Source of the DNA: a virus
Lineage: Duplodnaviria > Caudoviricetes
Strand: one strand, 5' to 3'
Virus record (IMG/VR): IMGVR_UViG_3300021082_000088
Span: 1 to 25,798 of that record
Length of the DNA: 25,798 nt
The translations under genes were made by a program, and so were the position numbers. Shown one piece after another: positions 24,323 to 25,798 of the stretch. The notes below the pieces were generated by a model, which had not been told where the DNA came from, searched no databases, and saw only the letters and a list, made by a program, of their open reading frames with translations. How positions within the stretch are numbered: position 1 is the stretch's first letter; each line of letters starts with the position of its first letter.

Positions 24323-24639
24323 AGTACACCAACTACACCAACATGGACGCTCGGTTCATGCGTACGTACGAGCCGGGCGACCGGCTGGTGCGTGGGTGGC
24401 AGGGCGAGCTGGACGACATCTGGCTCACCAACGAGAGCCTCACCGGTCTCGCCGAGATCGTGTACGGCATCCACAACCGTGACGATCGCCCCGACGGTCG
24501 CATGTGCCCGAGCATGAGCGTCGGCGACGTCGTGGTCATCGGCGAGGTGGCACTCAGTGTCGACCTCGCCGGGTTCAAGGTCGTGCAGCTCGACGCCAAC
24601 GACATCCTGCCCACCACCTACCTGGAGACCGTCCGATGA
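24319..24639 (+). CDS. YodL-like domain protein
   Basis: E.VY..HN..DRP....SMSVGDVVV......VD..GF resembles the YodL signature. Confidence 0.65.
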   Translation: MKYTNYTNMDARFMRTYEPGDRLVRGWQGELDDIWLTNESLTGLAEIVYGIHNRDDRPDGRMCPSMSVGDVVVIGEVALSVDLAGFKVVQLDANDILPTTYLETVR

Positions 24640-25151
24640 ACAAGCAAGAGGCACTGGCCTACATCGAGAGCGGCGCCGAGGCCACCAAGGCCAACAACGA
24701 CGCCGAGGTGCGTCATGGCTGGGCTGTACGCCTGCTCGGCTACGGCTACCGCCCACCGAGCAAGCTCTCGACCTTCTACCGCTGGAAGACTCGTGAGGAG
24801 TGGGACGTGCTGCGCACCGACGGCGCCAAGGGCGTGCTCGTGCACAACATCCGCTACAACCACTTCGAGGTGGTGCCGCTGCGCATGCTCTTCCCAACCA
24901 CGGTGGAGCAGGCCAAGGCCGACTACGAAGCGTGGAAGAAGCGCTCTCGACGTGAGCGTCGTGAGCGTGAGGCCAAGTACGAGCGTGACAAGGCGGACGC
25001 TGCCGTGCTCACCGAGCAGCTCGGAGGCTCAGTCAACGAGCGCTACGGCACGACGACGATCGTGCTCACCATCGACCAGGCCCGTGAGCTTGTCGAAGAG
25101 CTGGCCCACCTTCGTGCCTCACGCAACATCGTTGTAGGATCGACGCTATGA
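24636..25151 (+). CDS. hypothetical protein with a basic coiled coil
   Basis: ATGA overlap, GGAG SD. Confidence 0.7.
   Translation: MNKQEALAYIESGAEATKANNDAEVRHGWAVRLLGYGYRPPSKLSTFYRWKTREEWDVLRTDGAKGVLVHNIRYNHFEVVPLRMLFPTTVEQAKADYEAWKKRSRRERREREAKYERDKADAAVLTEQLGGSVNERYGTTTIVLTIDQARELVEELAHLRASRNIVVGSTL
25122..25147 (+). promoter_or_regulatory. probable degenerate leaderless promoter P11
   Basis: CAACATCGTTG box, TAGGAT, 7 nt, ATG at 25148. Confidence 0.45.
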
Positions 25152-25465
25152 GCCAGCCAGAGGCCACCACAGAGCCCGTAGAGGCACGCAACGACGTGGA
25201 TGCGGCAACGACAGCCCACAATCAACAGGGGGCCATACAGCGGCCTCTCGGCGCCATCCGGCAGCGGTGGGACACCGAGGTGTCACAGATCGAGGTGCGA
25301 GGCAACGAGGCGGCCAACCGTCGCCATGTCGCAGCCACCACCGTGGCCCGCTGGCCCGAGTGCAAGCTCGTGCTGAGCGTGTACTCGGCAGGCGTGCGTG
25401 GCCCGCACGGCTACGTGGTCTGGAACGTCGAGTGGGTGGCTACCTGGACCGAGGCCGAGTCGTGA
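25148..25465 (+). CDS. hypothetical protein
   Basis: ATGA overlap. Confidence 0.55.
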   Translation: MSQPEATTEPVEARNDVDAATTAHNQQGAIQRPLGAIRQRWDTEVSQIEVRGNEAANRRHVAATTVARWPECKLVLSVYSAGVRGPHGYVVWNVEWVATWTEAES

Positions 25466-25797
25466 GGAAGTTCCCACCATTCACCGATGCCGATGCCGAC
25501 GCCCTCGTGCGTCAGCTCCACCTCGCCGTCGACAACATCAAGATCGTTGACGAGCTGATCGACATCCTCGAAGTCGGTGACAACTTCCTCAGTGACGACG
25601 TCACCCGCAACGGTGAGCTGACGGTGAGCAACGATCTCTCACTCGATGCCGATCAGACCAGGATCGTGGCCGTCTTCACCATCGCCCGGGCCCATGGCTG
25701 GATCCACAAGATCAAGACGGTCAAGTCACAGAACCCACGGCGCAAGTCGTCGCAGGCATCGCTCAACGAGGTGATGCCTCGTGGTCGTGAGGTCGCA
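25462..25797 (+). CDS. hypothetical protein, 3' truncated by the window
   Basis: GTGA overlap; MRKFPPFTDADADALVRQL... frame open to the window end. Confidence 0.6.
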   Translation, partial: MRKFPPFTDADADALVRQLHLAVDNIKIVDELIDILEVGDNFLSDDVTRNGELTVSNDLSLDADQTRIVAVFTIARAHGWIHKIKTVKSQNPRRKSSQASLNEVMPRGREVA

Positions 25798-25798
25798 C

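Noticed and set aside
12886-25150. Promoter and CCA repeats as a CRISPR array or integron attC sites
   Set aside because: Copies are degenerate, separated by whole genes (0.4-1.8 kb) and match promoter/RBS geometry. No integrase or attC-type long inverted structure is seen in the window.
131-25480. Numerous long minus-strand and alternate-frame ORFs (e.g. 1088-2287, 13712-15214, 18042-19109)
   Set aside because: They are shadow ORFs of high-GC coding sequence that overlap well-supported + strand genes and lack motifs.
1-25798. tRNA, rRNA, transposase, integrase or reverse transcriptase genes
   Set aside because: No recognisable signatures were found by eye; a tRNAscan/Infernal run would be needed to exclude RNA genes in 12460-12885.

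Overview
High-GC, almost entirely + strand segment of a large phage genome, most likely with an actinobacterial host (WhiB, an Rv1830-like MerR regulator, a DUF2786/HExxH pair and leaderless promoters). It has three parts. (1) 1-4860: replication/recombination block with the family A DNA polymerase C-terminus, RecA/UvsX, two PD-(D/E)XK resolvase-like nucleases, WhiB and a Cas4-like exonuclease. (2) 4874-12446: small genes including three ParB/Srx-like (GHHR) paralogs and an Arr-like ADP-ribosyltransferase. Three otherwise unrelated proteins here share an N-terminal tag MAA(T/S)DH(L/V)..Q, and a fourth has a weaker version; this is a candidate virion-packaging or targeting signal. (3) After a hairpin-rich non-coding junction (~12460-12880), a 13 kb accessory arm is built from about 11 short transcription units. 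Each begins with a repeated promoter: a TTG-initial -35 in most copies, CGTTG(AA)/CAACG boxes, a TGn-TAnnnT -10, then exactly 7 nt before the start codon, implying leaderless mRNAs. Four downstream genes in this arm use a repeated (CCA)n-AAGGAA leader, and many others are coupled by overlapping stop/start junctions. Many ORF-track starts in this arm are too far upstream and are corrected here. All family assignments come from motif recognition by eye; no database search was run.
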